A stretch of DNA of 64,000 bases. Source: Candidatus Eiseniibacteriota bacterium (GTDB taxonomy: Bacteria; Eisenbacteria; RBG-16-71-46). Position 1 is the stretch's first letter, and every line of letters begins with the position of its first letter. Shown in pieces: positions 1 to 10,884 of the stretch. Below the pieces are notes generated by a model, which was not told the origin of the DNA, searched no databases, and was given only the letters and a program-made list of their open reading frames with translations. The position numbers were made by a program, and so were the translations under genes. The stretch is taken from positions 22,971-86,970 of the forward strand of contig JBGAOA010000005.1 of the NCBI GenBank assembly GCA_044222065.1, in the 5' to 3' direction.

Positions 1-2
1 GC

Positions 3-224
3 GAGGGCTTCACGATCCAGTCCGGCGGCTTCTGGTCGTACTACTACACGGCCGCGGGCCTGCACGCGTTCCACGTCATCGCCGGCATGGCGATCATGGC
101 GTGGGTCGCGACGACGGCGGCGAAGAACCAGGAGCTGCACCGCGTCGAGAACGTCGGGATCTACTGGCACTTCGTCGACATCGTCTGGATCTTCCTGTTC
201 CCGCTGCTGTACATCGCCAAGTAG
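3..224 (+). CDS. ctaE: Cytochrome c oxidase subunit III, C-terminal part (gene starts before the window)
   Basis: Frame from nt 3 reads ...FWSYYYTAAGLHAFHVIAG...GIYWHFVDIVWIFLFPLLYIAK*, the COX3 signature (GLHxxH, YWHFVDxVW). Confidence 0.9.
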   Translation, partial: EGFTIQSGGFWSYYYTAAGLHAFHVIAGMAIMAWVATTAAKNQELHRVENVGIYWHFVDIVWIFLFPLLYIAK

Positions 225-234
225 GGGAGAGCGC

Positions 235-621
235 ATGTCCTCGAACGCGCACGGAGCCGCTCACGGGGCCGCCCACGGCCACCACCGCAACTACGTGAAG
301 ATCTGGGCCATCCTCGTCGGCCTGCTCGTCGTGAGCGTCGTGGGGCCGATGACGGGCATCCGCGTCGTCATGCTGATCACGGCGTTCGGCATCGCGCTCG
401 TGAAGGCGTACATGGTGGCGAAGAACTTCATGCACCTCGACGTCGAGAAGCCGATCGTGCACTGGGCGCTCGCGATCGCGCTCGCGTTCATGGTGATGCT
501 GTTCGCGGGCCTGTCGCCCGACGTGATGAAGCACGAGGGCACGAACTGGAAGAAGGAATACGTCGCCTCGCCCGCTCCCGGCGCGCACCACTCGGAAGGG
601 GAGGCGTCCCACGGGCATTGA
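235..621 (+). CDS. Cytochrome c oxidase subunit IV family protein (prokaryotic COX4)
   Basis: His-rich N-terminus, three hydrophobic helices, KAYMVAKNFMHL motif typical of COX4_pro; operon context. Confidence 0.85.
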   Translation: MSSNAHGAAHGAAHGHHRNYVKIWAILVGLLVVSVVGPMTGIRVVMLITAFGIALVKAYMVAKNFMHLDVEKPIVHWALAIALAFMVMLFAGLSPDVMKHEGTNWKKEYVASPAPGAHHSEGEASHGH

Positions 622-1189
622 GCGGGCGCGCACGCCGCGACGGAACTTCGTCGATCACGGCGTCTTCGGCATGGCCATCTTCGTGTTCACGGAGGTCATG
701 CTGTTCGCGGCGTTCATCAGCGCGTTCGCGATCGTCCAGAACGCGGCGCTACCGGGGATGTGGCCGCCACCGGGGCAGCCGCGGCTGCCGTTCGAGCGCA
801 CCGCCTTCAACACCGTCGCGCTGCTCGTGAGCGGCGTGCTGCTGTTCGTCGGGCACCGCGCGGCGCGCTCGAAGGGCGTGGCCGCGGCCGAGCGATGGCT
901 GATCGGGGCGATCGTGCTCGGCGCGTTCTTCGTGTTCGCGCAGGGCGCCGAGTGGGCGGCGCTGCTCGGGCAGGGGATGACGCTCACCTCGAGCCAGGTC
1001 GGTTCGTTCTTCTACCTGATCGTGGGCGCCCACGCGCTGCACGCGGTCGCGGCGATCCTCGCGCTCGTCGTGTGCTGGGTGCGCCTGCGAGCGGGCCGGC
1101 TCACGAGTTCGGTGTTCGGCACCGTCCAGCTGTTCTGGTACTTCGTCGTGCTGATGTGGCCGTTCCTCTACCTGGTGGTGTACCGGTGA
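611..1189 (+). CDS. Second heme-copper oxidase subunit III-like protein (start uncertain: ACG at 611 or ATG at 671)
   Basis: GMAIFVFTEVMLF, NT(x)LLVSG, GAHALH and LFWYFVVLMW match the COX3 family. The frame is open upstream of 671, with SD GGAGG at 600-604. Confidence 0.85.
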   Translation, partial: TGIERARTPRRNFVDHGVFGMAIFVFTEVMLFAAFISAFAIVQNAALPGMWPPPGQPRLPFERTAFNTVALLVSGVLLFVGHRAARSKGVAAAERWLIGAIVLGAFFVFAQGAEWAALLGQGMTLTSSQVGSFFYLIVGAHALHAVAAILALVVCWVRLRAGRLTSSVFGTVQLFWYFVVLMWPFLYLVVYR

Positions 1190-1455
1190 GGCGGCTCGTG
1201 GCGATCGCCGCCGGGGTGCTGCTGCCGGCCGCGTGCGAGGCGTGCGCGGTGTGCGGCGCGGGTGGAGACCGCAACCGGCTCGCGTTCTTCTGGACGACGG
1301 TCTTCCTGTCGCTGCTGCCGCTCGGAATGCTCGCGGGCGGCGCCGTCTTCCTGTGGCGGGCGATGCGCCGCCGCGAACCGGAGCGTCGCGTGGAATCGGC
1401 CGTTCGAGCCGACGGCCCGACGTCGTCGTACGCGCCGGCGCCCGGGCCGCGCTGA
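1186..1455 (+). CDS. Small membrane protein with ACAVC (CxxC) motif, cox-operon associated
   Basis: GTG overlaps the previous stop (GTGA). Signal-like N-terminus, CEACAVC, one TM helix. Confidence 0.65.
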   Translation: MRRLVAIAAGVLLPAACEACAVCGAGGDRNRLAFFWTTVFLSLLPLGMLAGGAVFLWRAMRRREPERRVESAVRADGPTSSYAPAPGPR

Positions 1456-1476
1456 CCGGCGGGTCACGCACCGACG

Positions 1477-1516
1477 AAAAAGGATCGAGCCCCGGAGGCC
1501 TGCGCCTCCGGGGCTC
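1477..1516 (-). terminator. Intrinsic terminator downstream of tRNA-fMet
   Basis: 13-bp inverted repeat GAGCCCCGGAGGC (1487-1499) / GCCTCCGGGGCTC (1504-1516), followed on the minus strand by T5 (A5 at 1477-1481). Confidence 0.75.
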
Positions 1517-1522
1517 CCTGTT

Positions 1523-1599
<77 letters not shown>

Positions 1600-1789
1600 G
1601 CAACGGCGCGCAACTTAGCGATCGAGCGAGGGGAAGTCAAACCGCGCGCCACGAGTTGAGGGCCGTCCAGCGCGCTCGGAACGGTTGCGCCACCTCCGGG
1701 CGCTGGCTATTCTGCGCCCCTTCGACCGGGAATCTTCGGCTCACCCGCAGGCCGCACGCGCCGCGGGACGTCACGGGGGTGGAGGCAGA

Positions 1790-2560
1790 GTGATTCGCAA
1801 TCGGCTACACGCGCTGGCCCTGCTCGTCGCGGGCCTCGTCGCCGGGACCGCCGGTCAGGCGTTCGGCGCCGCCGACGTCCACAAGTTCAACCTCGTGATC
1901 TCGGCGAATCCGATGCAGATCGAGGGCGGCGACTTCACGAAGAACCTGGACTGGCTGAACGACAACGTCCTCGAGCCGCGCGGCCTCAAGGGCTTCGATC
2001 GCATCACGTACAACTGGTACTTCGAAGCGCAGATGCGCTACTTCGTGCGCCAGAACGTCGCGCTGAACGTCGGCGTCGGCCAGATGCGCAACAACACGAA
2101 GCGCGAGTACCTGCCGGCGCTCCGCCAGGACATCCAGCTGCGCTTCGAGACGTTCGCGGTCCCGGTGCACGCGGGCGCGGCCTACTACTTCACGCCGTAC
2201 AACCAGGGCGACTTCCAGGCGCGCGCCTACGTGGGCGGCGGTCTGCTCGCGAACGTGCAGAGCCGGATCCTCTACCAGCAGTTCGAGTCGAACACCGACA
2301 CGACGACGTCGCTCGGTGGCTCGCGGCTCACGGTCGCGCGCCGCAACGCGCCCGGCTTCTACGGCGAGATGGGCGTGCACATGTTCTTCGCATCGCGCTT
2401 CTCGGTGATCCTCGGCGCGATCTACCGCAGCGCGAAGGCCGACGACCTCCGCGACCGCGACACCGGCGAGCCGGTGCTCAACCTGTTCGACGGCAAGCCC
2501 GCGTCGGTGGACCTGTCGGGAATCGGCGCGCGCCTCGGAGTGGCGATAGGCCTTCCGTAG
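1790..2560 (+). CDS. Outer-membrane beta-barrel protein (OmpA/OmpW-like 8-strand type)
   Basis: GTG after GGAGG; signal peptide ending AFG-A; alternating aromatic strands; terminal strand GIGARLGVAIGL. Confidence 0.7.
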   Translation: MIRNRLHALALLVAGLVAGTAGQAFGAADVHKFNLVISANPMQIEGGDFTKNLDWLNDNVLEPRGLKGFDRITYNWYFEAQMRYFVRQNVALNVGVGQMRNNTKREYLPALRQDIQLRFETFAVPVHAGAAYYFTPYNQGDFQARAYVGGGLLANVQSRILYQQFESNTDTTTSLGGSRLTVARRNAPGFYGEMGVHMFFASRFSVILGAIYRSAKADDLRDRDTGEPVLNLFDGKPASVDLSGIGARLGVAIGLP

Positions 2561-2571
2561 CGCGCGGGACG

Positions 2572-2616
2572 CGCGAACGCCCCGTCCGGGAAGCCCGGGC
2601 GGGGCGTTCGCGTTTC
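2572..2616. terminator. Hairpin between convergent genes (probable terminator)
   Basis: CGCGAACGCCCCGTCCGGG-AAG-CCCGGGCGGGGCGTTCGCG followed by TTTC. Confidence 0.6.
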
Positions 2617-2627
2617 GGCGACCGCAT

Positions 2628-2990
2628 TCAGCGCGCGAGCGTGTCGGAGGCGGGCGCCTGGATGCGGTAGACGATCTCGCCCTTGCGGGCCATGCCGTCG
2701 CGCTCGCGCAGCACGCGCTCGGCGCGCAGGCGGCGCAAATCGGGATCGTCGCGCTCGGCCTCGAGCTTCGAAATCTGGGTGCGCGCCTCGGCCAGCGCGC
2801 GCTTCGACTGTGCGCTCTCGCGCGAGAGGCGCCAGATGCGCCACAGGCTGTGGTCGGAGACGAACCCGACCCAGACGCCCCAGACGCCGAGCAGCAGCCA
2901 GAGCAGCGGGAGCCGCCTGCGAAGCGGGTCGGGACCGGGGCCGAAACGCGAGCCCCGATGACGCTCGAGGCGACGTACGAAGTCGCTCAT
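2628..2990 (-). CDS. ftsB: Septum formation initiator FtsB/DivIC family
   Basis: One TM helix, coiled coil, ERVLRERDGMARKGEIVY motif; lies downstream of eno as in many bacteria. Confidence 0.8.
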   Translation of the reverse strand: MSDFVRRLERHRGSRFGPGPDPLRRRLPLLWLLLGVWGVWVGFVSDHSLWRIWRLSRESAQSKRALAEARTQISKLEAERDDPDLRRLRAERVLRERDGMARKGEIVYRIQAPASDTLAR

Positions 2991-3120
2991 GGCATCCGTG
3001 CCTTTCGCGAGGGGCCGCGCGCGCTCGCGCGGTGAGCGGCGGCCGGGTGAAGCGATCCGGTGGCCGCGCGAGGCGGCCACCGGTCCGATCGATCGTGCGG
3101 GCATCCTGCCCGCGCGCACT

Positions 3121-5173
<2,053 letters not shown>

Positions 5174-5177
<4 letters not shown>

Positions 5178-5794
5178 ACTGCGTTCATCGAGACCGGATC
5201 CACGACTATCTGGACGGACTGCTCGGCGCCGAGGAGGAGGCCGAGTTCCGGGCCCACCTCTCCGAGTGCGAGGACTGTCCCCTGGAACTCGTCGCCCTGG
5301 AGCGCGTGTTTGCCGAGGTCGAGCGCGCTCCGATGTTCGATCCTGGCGAGGCCTTCACCGAACGAGTGCTCGACGACGTGGTTCCCGCACGGCTTCGCCG
5401 GCGCTGGATCGCGGCGTTCGGCTGGAGCTACGCCGCTGCGCTGATTCCCTGCATCGCGGTCGGCGGACTCGTGGCGTTCCACCCCGGCATCCGGGCGTTC
5501 GCCGCCGCGCTCCTCGAGACGCTGTCGCGCGGCGCGCTGCAGAACTTCGTCCTGGGGATCAACGGTCTCGGGTACCTCGCGCTGCGATTCGCCCAGGCGT
5601 TCGCGTTCGCCCAGGGCGCCTTCGACCGGCTCTCGCCGCTCGTTCGCGCCGTGCAATCCCTGCTTTCGATTCCGACGGTCGCACTCACGCTCGCGATCGC
5701 CGTCGCTTCGTGCGCCGTGCTCTTGCGCTGGATGCGCGCGCGCGACCAACGCATCCGTGGGGAGGTCCCGCATGTCGGCATCTTCGCGTTCTAG
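5174..5794 (+). CDS. Zinc-binding membrane anti-sigma factor (ZAS/zf-HC2)
   Basis: ATGA overlap with the sigma gene; HLSECEDC (HxxxCxxC); downstream TM helices. Confidence 0.85.
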
Positions 5795-6911
5795 CGCAAC
5801 CGAGCGGCTCCGCCGCGCGGCGCGGTCCCGGGGGCTCGCACTACTCGCCGTGCTCGCGTTCGCGGGCGGCTTCGCCTTCGACGCCTTCGCCGCGACGCCG
5901 CGCGCCGCGCGACGGATCACGGTGGGCCCTTCGGGTGTCTCGATCGAAGAAGACGGGGCGCTCGACTCGCTCGCGGTGGACTCGTCCTCGAGCCCCGGCG
6001 GATTCAGCACTCGAATCGGAGACAAGCACGTCGGCATCGTCGTGGACGCGGACGAGTCGGACATCGTCCGGCTCTTCAGCGACGTCGAAATCGCGCCGGG
6101 CGAGCACGTGGACGGCGACGTCGTCGCCGTCGTGGGATCCGTGCGCGTCGAGGGCGAGGTCACGGGCAACGTGGTCGCGGTCGGCGGATCGGTCGAGCTG
6201 CTCTCCGGCGCGCGCGTGCACGGAGACGCCGTCGCGGTCGGCGGCGGGCTGCGCCACGACGAAGGCGCGGTCGTGAACGGCGAGAGCGTATCCGTGGGCA
6301 TCCTGCCGATCGGACTCGGCATTCCTGCCTTCACGTCCATGATCCTCACCGTCGTGGTCGGCTGGCTGCTGTCGGTGGGGATGGGAATCCTCCTCGCGTG
6401 GCTGTTCCCGGAGCGGTTGCGGGTCATCGGCCGCATGGCGTCGCGACGCACCGGCGCTTCGTTCTGGCTCGGACTGGTCTCGATGCCGCTCGCGGCGGTC
6501 GCCTGTTTCCTCCTGCTCGTGACGGTGATCGGCATTCCGATCGCGCTCGTGCTGCCGTTCGCCTACGGCGTCGCCGTGTGGGCGGGCACGATCTCGGCGA
6601 CGTACGTGCTCGGCTGCAAGATCCTGCGCCGCGCCGTGGGCGAAGGCGGGCTGCTCGGACCCGTGATCGCGGGCTCTTCGTTCATCGCGCTGTTCTTCGT
6701 GGCCGCCGCGATCACCTCGCAGCCGCCGGGGTTCGCGCGGACGATCGCGCTCTTCCTGCTCGCGTTCGGCGGACTGCTCGCCTTCGCGCTGTCGTGGATC
6801 GGGACGGGCGCCCTGCTGCTCTCGCGCTTCGGCTCGGCGTCGCGACCGGCGGCGGAGCCAGTCGCGCCCGCGGCGTTCGGCGCCGGCACGGCGGTCCCGC
6901 TCGGATCCTGA
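5772..6911 (+). CDS. Polymer-forming (bactofilin-like beta-helix) repeat membrane protein
   Basis: Repeats VDGDVVAVVGSV / VTGNVVAVGGSV / VHGDAVAVGGGL followed by multiple TM helices. Confidence 0.75.
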   Translation: MSASSRSSATERLRRAARSRGLALLAVLAFAGGFAFDAFAATPRAARRITVGPSGVSIEEDGALDSLAVDSSSSPGGFSTRIGDKHVGIVVDADESDIVRLFSDVEIAPGEHVDGDVVAVVGSVRVEGEVTGNVVAVGGSVELLSGARVHGDAVAVGGGLRHDEGAVVNGESVSVGILPIGLGIPAFTSMILTVVVGWLLSVGMGILLAWLFPERLRVIGRMASRRTGASFWLGLVSMPLAAVACFLLLVTVIGIPIALVLPFAYGVAVWAGTISATYVLGCKILRRAVGEGGLLGPVIAGSSFIALFFVAAAITSQPPGFARTIALFLLAFGGLLAFALSWIGTGALLLSRFGSASRPAAEPVAPAAFGAGTAVPLGS

Positions 6912-7148
6912 GTCCGTTCGCGCCGCCGGCGCTGGGGGAGGCCTCCCAGGGTCGGCGGCGCGGTGGGGAATCCCGCCCAGCATGAGCGCCCAAGGCGCCC
7001 CGCGTAGCTTCGGCGGGCTCCGTGATGCCACGGCCGCCACGCCCCGAAGCGCTTGTCGCAAAACGATCTGGGAAGGGCGGGGCGCACGAGCGTCCCGCGA
7101 GCTTCGAGCGCATTGCGGTTGGCATGTTTGTGGCCCTCCGTTCCGGGC

Positions 7149-8156
7149 ATGGGATCGCTCGTTCGACTCGCTCGCCGTGCCTCGGCCATCGCCGCCGTTC
7201 TCGCCCTGATCGCCGTCACGCCAATCGCCGCCAACGAACTCGGGGCCTCGTCGCCGAGCGCCGGGTTCACCCTTCACGACGCGGACGAGACGCTGCGCGA
7301 CTACTGCGCGCTCGACGACCAGGGCCGACTCTGGCTCACGCTTCCGGGCGGCACGCGCTGGGAACTCGTGACCTCGACCGCCGATCCCGCGGTCGCGAAC
7401 CCCGGCGATGGCGCGTTCCATCCCTTCGACCCCGCCGAGGTGCGCGCCGCGCTCGATGAGATCCGGTGTCCGCTCGACGGCGTGGACGCCGAGATCTTCC
7501 TGCTGCCGTTCCCCCGTCGTGCGGGCCTCGAATCCGCGGCGGGCCCGGGGCTGATCCTGCTTTCGCCCGGCGTCGCTGCGATCGCGCGCGAACACCAGCA
7601 CGCCCAGCTCGCTCACGAACTCGGCCACGTCTACCAGTACCGGCACCTACCCGACGGGGACGCGAACGGCTGGCAACGCTACCGCGCGCTGAGGGGCATC
7701 ACGGACGAATCGCAGTACGGCGCCACGAGTGTTCACGCCAACCGTCCGCACGAGATCTTCGCCGAGGACTTCCGCGCGCTCTTCGGTGGAGCGCTCGCGA
7801 ACTACTCCGGAACGATCGAGAACGGAGAGCTCGTGCCCCCGGCGCTCGTGCCCGGTCTCGATCGCTTCCTGATCGGACTCTCCGAGCGCGAGTTCATCGC
7901 CGCGCTGTCGGCGTGGCCGTCGCCCTCGAGCGGCCCGGTCCGATTCTCGATTCCGCGCGAGACCGACGCGCCGCTCGATCTCTTCGACGCGAGCGGTCGG
8001 CGGATCGCGACGCTCGAAGGGCGCCGCTCGGCGGCGGGATCGCTGTGGTCTTGGAGCGGCGCGTCCGACGACGGGCGACTCGTGCACTCGGGCGTCGTGT
8101 TCGCACGCGTGCGCGAGACCCACGGAGAGACGCTTCGGCTCGTCGTCGCGCGCTGA
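7149..8156 (+). CDS. Secreted putative zinc metallopeptidase with C-terminal FlgD-Ig/sorting-like domain
   Basis: Signal peptide; HELGH and EIFAEDF zincin motifs; C-terminus WPSP...LFDASGRRIATL...SGVVFARV. Confidence 0.65.
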   Translation: MGSLVRLARRASAIAAVLALIAVTPIAANELGASSPSAGFTLHDADETLRDYCALDDQGRLWLTLPGGTRWELVTSTADPAVANPGDGAFHPFDPAEVRAALDEIRCPLDGVDAEIFLLPFPRRAGLESAAGPGLILLSPGVAAIAREHQHAQLAHELGHVYQYRHLPDGDANGWQRYRALRGITDESQYGATSVHANRPHEIFAEDFRALFGGALANYSGTIENGELVPPALVPGLDRFLIGLSEREFIAALSAWPSPSSGPVRFSIPRETDAPLDLFDASGRRIATLEGRRSAAGSLWSWSGASDDGRLVHSGVVFARVRETHGETLRLVVAR

Positions 8157-8274
8157 GTCGCCCCGCACCGCGGCCGAGAAAGTCCTTGGAGTGCGCGTCG
8201 CGCGTCCCTAGAATTCCGCTCCCCCCCGGCTCCGCGCACACCACCCGTCCCCCGCATCAAGGAAGATCGAGCTC

Positions 8275-10200
8275 ATGGACGCGCTGGCGCAGACGCGACG
8301 GCCTCGGATCGTCGTATTTCCCCTTCATTCCCTGCTCTTCGGGCTGCTGAGTCTCGCCGCCCTCGGAGCACCGCCCCCCGTGATCGCGGCTCCGCCGGGG
8401 GCCCCACAGAAGGTCGGAGGGCCGCTCCCTTCCGAGCCCGTGCCGATCAGCCGGCCGCTCGCCGTGAGCGTGAGCGATCCGGACGGGGACAGCCTCACGG
8501 TGCGCTTCTTCGGACGCTCCGTCGCAGGCACGCCACCTTCGGACTTCACGCTGATCGGGCTGCCCGACACGCAGTTCTACACGGCCGCCATGTACGGCGC
8601 CTCTCCGGGCATGTTGTACGCGCAGACGTCTTGGACGGTCGCGCAGCGCGTGGCGCGCAACATCCGCTACGCGGTACAGCTCGGGGATTGCGTCGAGCAC
8701 GGCGAGAACGCCGGGAACCCGATCGAGTGGGCGCGCGCGGACACCGCATTCCGGATGTTCGAGAATCCGGCATCGGCGGCGCGCGTGGACGGATTGCCCT
8801 ACGGCATGTGCGTCGGGAATCACGACCAGCTCGGCAACTACAACGGTCGCTGGGTGTCGTACGAGCGCTGGTTCGGCGCGCCACGATTCGCGGGTCGGGA
8901 TTACTACGGCGGGCACTGGGGCGCCGCGAGCGCCAACTGGTTCGAGCTGTTCGACGCGAGCGGCTGCGAGTTCATCGTGATCGGCCTCGACTTCGCCGAG
9001 ACGCCGAATCCCCCAGTGCTCCACTGGGCGGACAGCCTGCTCAAGGCGTACCCGAGCCGCCTCGGCATCGTCGCGAGCCACTACCTGCTCGAGGTGCCGA
9101 CGCGTCCGGACACGGTGCCGGCGTTCTCGGCGCTCGGGGCGGCGGCCTACGACTCGCTCAAGGACAATCCGAACCTGCGGCTGTTGCTCGCGGCGCACCT
9201 GCTCTCCGAGGCGCGCCGCTCGGACGTGTACGCCGGACGCACCGTGCATTCGCTGCTCTCGAACTACCAGGGTCGTCCGAACGGCGGGGACGGGCGCCTG
9301 CGCATCCTCGAGTTCTCGCCCGCGCGCGGGCAGCTTCGCGTGCGGACCTACTCGCCCTGGACGAACTCGTTCGAGACCGACGCGGATTCGAGCAGCCAGT
9401 TCACCCTGCCGTTCGACTTCGGCACTACGACCGCGTTCGAGCAGATCGGAAGCGTGCGCGTCGCGTCGAATTCGCAGACCGGGATCTCGTGGCCGGCCCG
9501 GCGCCCCGAGTCGAACTACGAGTGGTACGTCACGGCGGACGACGGTCAGTCGCGCATCACGAGCGCGACCTGGAATCTCGTGACCGCCGAAGTCACGCCG
9601 CCCGTCGTGCACCTGCTGTCGCCGAACGGCGGCGGGGTGGTCGAGTCGGGCGGGTCGATGGAAGTGCGCTGGACCGCGACGGACAACGTGGGCGTCACGA
9701 GCGTGAACCTCCAGTACTCGAAGACCGGCGCGGGCGGCCCGTGGCTGCCGCTCGCCTCGAACGTCGCGAACACCGGCGCGCTGATCGTCACGGCGCCCTC
9801 CGTCGCCACCGCGAACGCCTTCGTCCGCGTGCTCGCGCGCGATGCCGCGATGAACACGGCGATCGACGCGAGCGACCAGCCGTTCACCCTGCACGCCCAG
9901 GTGGACGCGGGGACGCGGTCCGCGCTCGAGTGGTCGCTCGGACCGGCGACACCCAATCCGGCGCGCGACGCGGTGCGCTTCGACTACGCGCTCGCCGAAC
10001 CCGGCGGCGCCGAGATCGAGGTGTTCGATCCCCTGGGACGACGCGTCGCGGTGCTCGCAACCGGCGTGCGGACGCCCGGTCGCTATTCGGCGCGCTGGGA
10101 TGGCGCGTCCGGCGGCGGACGTGCGCGGCCGGGGCTCTACGTCGTGCGATTGCGCGCCGGCGGCCGCGAACTCACGCGGCGATTCGTCTGGCTGCCGTGA
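8275..10200 (+). CDS. Secreted calcineurin-like metallophosphoesterase with Ig-like and FlgD-Ig C-terminal domains
   Basis: LPDTQ, LGD, GNHD, SHY motifs; C-terminal TPNP...FDPLGRRV...WDG...GLYVVRL. Confidence 0.8.
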   Translation: MDALAQTRRPRIVVFPLHSLLFGLLSLAALGAPPPVIAAPPGAPQKVGGPLPSEPVPISRPLAVSVSDPDGDSLTVRFFGRSVAGTPPSDFTLIGLPDTQFYTAAMYGASPGMLYAQTSWTVAQRVARNIRYAVQLGDCVEHGENAGNPIEWARADTAFRMFENPASAARVDGLPYGMCVGNHDQLGNYNGRWVSYERWFGAPRFAGRDYYGGHWGAASANWFELFDASGCEFIVIGLDFAETPNPPVLHWADSLLKAYPSRLGIVASHYLLEVPTRPDTVPAFSALGAAAYDSLKDNPNLRLLLAAHLLSEARRSDVYAGRTVHSLLSNYQGRPNGGDGRLRILEFSPARGQLRVRTYSPWTNSFETDADSSSQFTLPFDFGTTTAFEQIGSVRVASNSQTGISWPARRPESNYEWYVTADDGQSRITSATWNLVTAEVTPPVVHLLSPNGGGVVESGGSMEVRWTATDNVGVTSVNLQYSKTGAGGPWLPLASNVANTGALIVTAPSVATANAFVRVLARDAAMNTAIDASDQPFTLHAQVDAGTRSALEWSLGPATPNPARDAVRFDYALAEPGGAEIEVFDPLGRRVAVLATGVRTPGRYSARWDGASGGGRARPGLYVVRLRAGGRELTRRFVWLP

Positions 10201-10209
10201 AGCGGCGCG

Positions 10210-10881
10210 TCACTCGATCCCGTCGTCGAACTCGACGGACAGCGCCCGGGCTCGCTGGTCGCCGAAGCCGGCGAAGTTGCGCACGGCGTCGAACATGGAT
10301 CGCGGCAGCTCCGTGATCGCGCCGAAGCCCTCGCCGCGCTGGGTGTCCACCTCACCCGAAAGCCAGCCCTCGAGCTGCTCCACGTCCTCGACGCTGAGCG
10401 GCTGCACGGTGGCGTACACGGCGACGTAGTAGCGGCCGCCGCTCTGCAGCCGCGTCGCGGGCGAGAACTGCATCGCGATCGGACGGGAGAGTTCGCTCCG
10501 AAGCGAATCGAGCGAACCCACCAGCGCGATCGGGCTGCCGCGACGCTGCACGCGATAGACGCGCGCCCACGCGTCGAACTGCACGCGGAACTGGCCGTCG
10601 GTCGAGGCCTCGAGCTTGTCGAACCAGGCCGTGCGCTTGCGCCAGAGTTCCGCGCGCAGTTGGACGCGCGCGGGCATCCCGCGCGAGAGACTCTCCTCGA
10701 CGCGCGGAGAAAAGAGGTCGCTCATCCGCGCTTCGACCCACAGCGACTCGCCGACGCGCCGGACGCGGGGCTCGGACAGCTCGAGCGCGCCGAGCGGCCC
10801 CGCGACGCACGTCACGACGAGCGTCGCGACGAGCAGGACGAGGGTCCGCGCGGGACCGGATTCGGGGAGCGGGGAGCGCAT
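10210..10881 (-). CDS. DUF4390-like exported protein
   Basis: Signal peptide; VEESLSRGMP...ELWRKR..WFD pattern; commonly found with NtrY/NtrX loci, as here. Confidence 0.7.
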   Translation of the reverse strand: MRSPLPESGPARTLVLLVATLVVTCVAGPLGALELSEPRVRRVGESLWVEARMSDLFSPRVEESLSRGMPARVQLRAELWRKRTAWFDKLEASTDGQFRVQFDAWARVYRVQRRGSPIALVGSLDSLRSELSRPIAMQFSPATRLQSGGRYYVAVYATVQPLSVEDVEQLEGWLSGEVDTQRGEGFGAITELPRSMFDAVRNFAGFGDQRARALSVEFDDGIE

Positions 10882-10884
10882 CGG

